The notes beneath the pieces are model-generated. The model was not told the origin of the DNA and did not search any database. It was given only the letters and a program-made list of their open reading frames with translations. Of a stretch of DNA of 64,000 nucleotides, positions 62,606 to 64,000 are shown one piece after another; within the stretch, counting starts at the first letter, position 1; every line of letters starts with the position of its first letter. Both the position numbers and the translations under genes were made by a program. Source of the stretch: Candidatus Poribacteria bacterium (GTDB lineage Bacteria; Poribacteria; WGA-4E; WGA-3G); the NCBI GenBank assembly GCA_963663765.2, contig CAXXUA010000002.1, forward strand, positions 64,001 through 128,000. The letters are read 5' to 3'.

Positions 62606-62757
62606 TATAGTAAAATCCATAATTACTTATACACGACGGTAGGTTCGGTTTCCTAACCGAACCTGTATAAAACTGGCAGAATACGCGTATGGTATTCTGT
62701 ATTGGTTAGAAACCGAACCTACCAGGGAGTGTAGACATATTTTTGGATTTCACTATA
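62606..62757. mobile_element. MITE with TATAGT(A/G)AAATCCA ends and REP doublet
   Basis: TIR; GTAGGTTCGGTTTCCTAACC...GGTTAGAAACCGAACCTAC. Confidence 0.7.
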
Positions 62758-62775
62758 TAATTGGGGTTAACATAA

Positions 62776-63536
62776 CGAGTTGTGCTAAATGACTTTATGT
62801 AAACCATTGTTTCACATAAGCATAACGTTTTGCAGGTGTCCCTCATAGGTTGAAACGATCTTCAGTCCTGATAAAGTTTGACAATCAAAATCGGTAGTTG
62901 AATTCGTAGGGGTTGGGTTCCCCAACCCGTTTGGTTTTTGAGTTTGCGTAGATCATCTGTGGAAACCACGCCCCTACGAATACACAACTTGAACGTCAAA
63001 ACTCATTAGGGACGAAATGTTTATATATCATACCCAACATATATAAAATTACTATAAATATTTAGTTAACTGGCACAAATCAGAATATTGCTCAATTTAC
63101 TTTAACAGGACTTACGCACCCAACGGTAGGCGGGGAATGCCTAAATGGCATTCATACCGTTGATTTGGTGCTTTGTAAGCGCACCGGAAACCTAAAAAAT
63201 GCTGAATATTACATCGTTTTCGTCTTAATTCTTGATTGGATCATGAAAACTGCGTAAGTCCTATTTTAAGTTACTAATTGGTAAAATTGGTAACTTTATC
63301 TTCGGAAAAACCCTGTCATAGACAAGATTCGTGTACAGAAAAAATTACCAATTACCTGAAAGTAGCGACTTGTGCTAAATAACTATTTATTAAAAATTAC
63401 TTCACATAGACAAGAGGATTTAACCGTCCTTCTTTTGCTTTGGATGATCTTTAGTCCCGTAGGGACGAAATGTTTATATACCTACCCAATATATGTGAAT
63501 TTAGTATAAACATTTAGTTAACTTGCACAAGTCGTT
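62776..63536. mobile_element. Cluster of MITEs: two CGA(C/G)TTGTGC-ended copies (~62776-63078, ~63363-63536), a nested GTTTGAC-ended element (~62876-63002) and an AGGACTTACGCA-ended element (63107-63262)
   Basis: Matching inverted ends; shared AGGGACGAAATGTTTATATA payload; boundaries approximate. Confidence 0.65.
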
Positions 63537-63563
63537 AACATAATCCTTTTTTTGGGGTATCAG

Positions 63564-64000
63564 ATGAAAAAGTCTAAAGTATTCGTTGGACATCTAATGA
63601 ACGACCAATTACTCGTGAAATCAGTTGCCACTTCAAAAATCTTTTTTCTTGGATAAAATGGTTAGAGACAGAAGAACTTGTTGAGTTTTTGCAGCATTGC
63701 TCAAGATAACAACACAAATTTCTGAAGGTAAAATAGATGCTGAAGTACTTTCGTTATTTCCATGCGAATGGCGTGAAACAGCACTGATTAATTCAGAACC
63801 AGATGTATTAGCAGACATAGTTGAATCACAACAAGAATTAAACTGTGGAGGTGGGAAGGAGTGGGGAGAGATTAAAAAGTAAATTAGACTTTGAATTTTC
63901 AACCGTATACACTTGCACCTCTTCCAAGAAAGGTTGAAATTTTATCAGAAGGTTAGATAGGGATACACATTTACGTGTCAATAATGCTTTTGAGTATATC
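63564..64000 (+). pseudogene. Probable degraded antitoxin followed by RelE-like toxin start
   Basis: EWRETALINSEPDVLADIVESQQEL..GGGKEWGEIKK then FIRRLDRDTHLRVNNAFEYI; broken frames; truncated by window edge. Confidence 0.35.

Noticed and set aside
63633-63902. 89-aa minus-strand ORF
   Set aside because: More plausibly the antisense of a degraded plus-strand toxin-antitoxin pair

Overview
AT-rich bacterial window. The protein families point to Candidatus Poribacteria or a relative: giant cadherin/LRR/dockerin proteins ending in a 'YPNPFNPETWIPY...TRKMLILK' domain, plus ASPIC-UnbV, FGE-domain and TPR genes (taxonomy inferred from family content only). The first ~29 kb is an accessory surface-protein region. 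It holds three proteins sharing that C-terminal domain, cohesin/dockerin proteins, a dockerin-linked copper monooxygenase, a TonB-dependent receptor, IS5/IS630 remnants and a tnpB-less IS200/IS605 remnant. The rest is mostly housekeeping: GT2, RecQ, LarC, an internally duplicated sigma70, an MsbA-like ABC transporter, a Clp1-like kinase, SppA, polysaccharide genes, SecA, PorV-like, UvrA and decayed toxin-antitoxin pairs. Intergenic DNA is full of nested MITEs carrying GTAG-type REP hairpins. Best candidates for undescribed biology: (1) a two-gene DUF1670-like unit with no recognisable transposase, bracketed by a perfect 13-bp inverted repeat that appears to be a split hairpin, with consensus promoters at both ends; (2) a 36-bp single-hairpin element inserted at CG^CG in other repeats, apparently without target duplication; (3) many different MITE shells sharing REP payloads; (4) a possible T9SS-like secretion and cohesin-dockerin display system. 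All calls come from reading the sequence; no database search was run.
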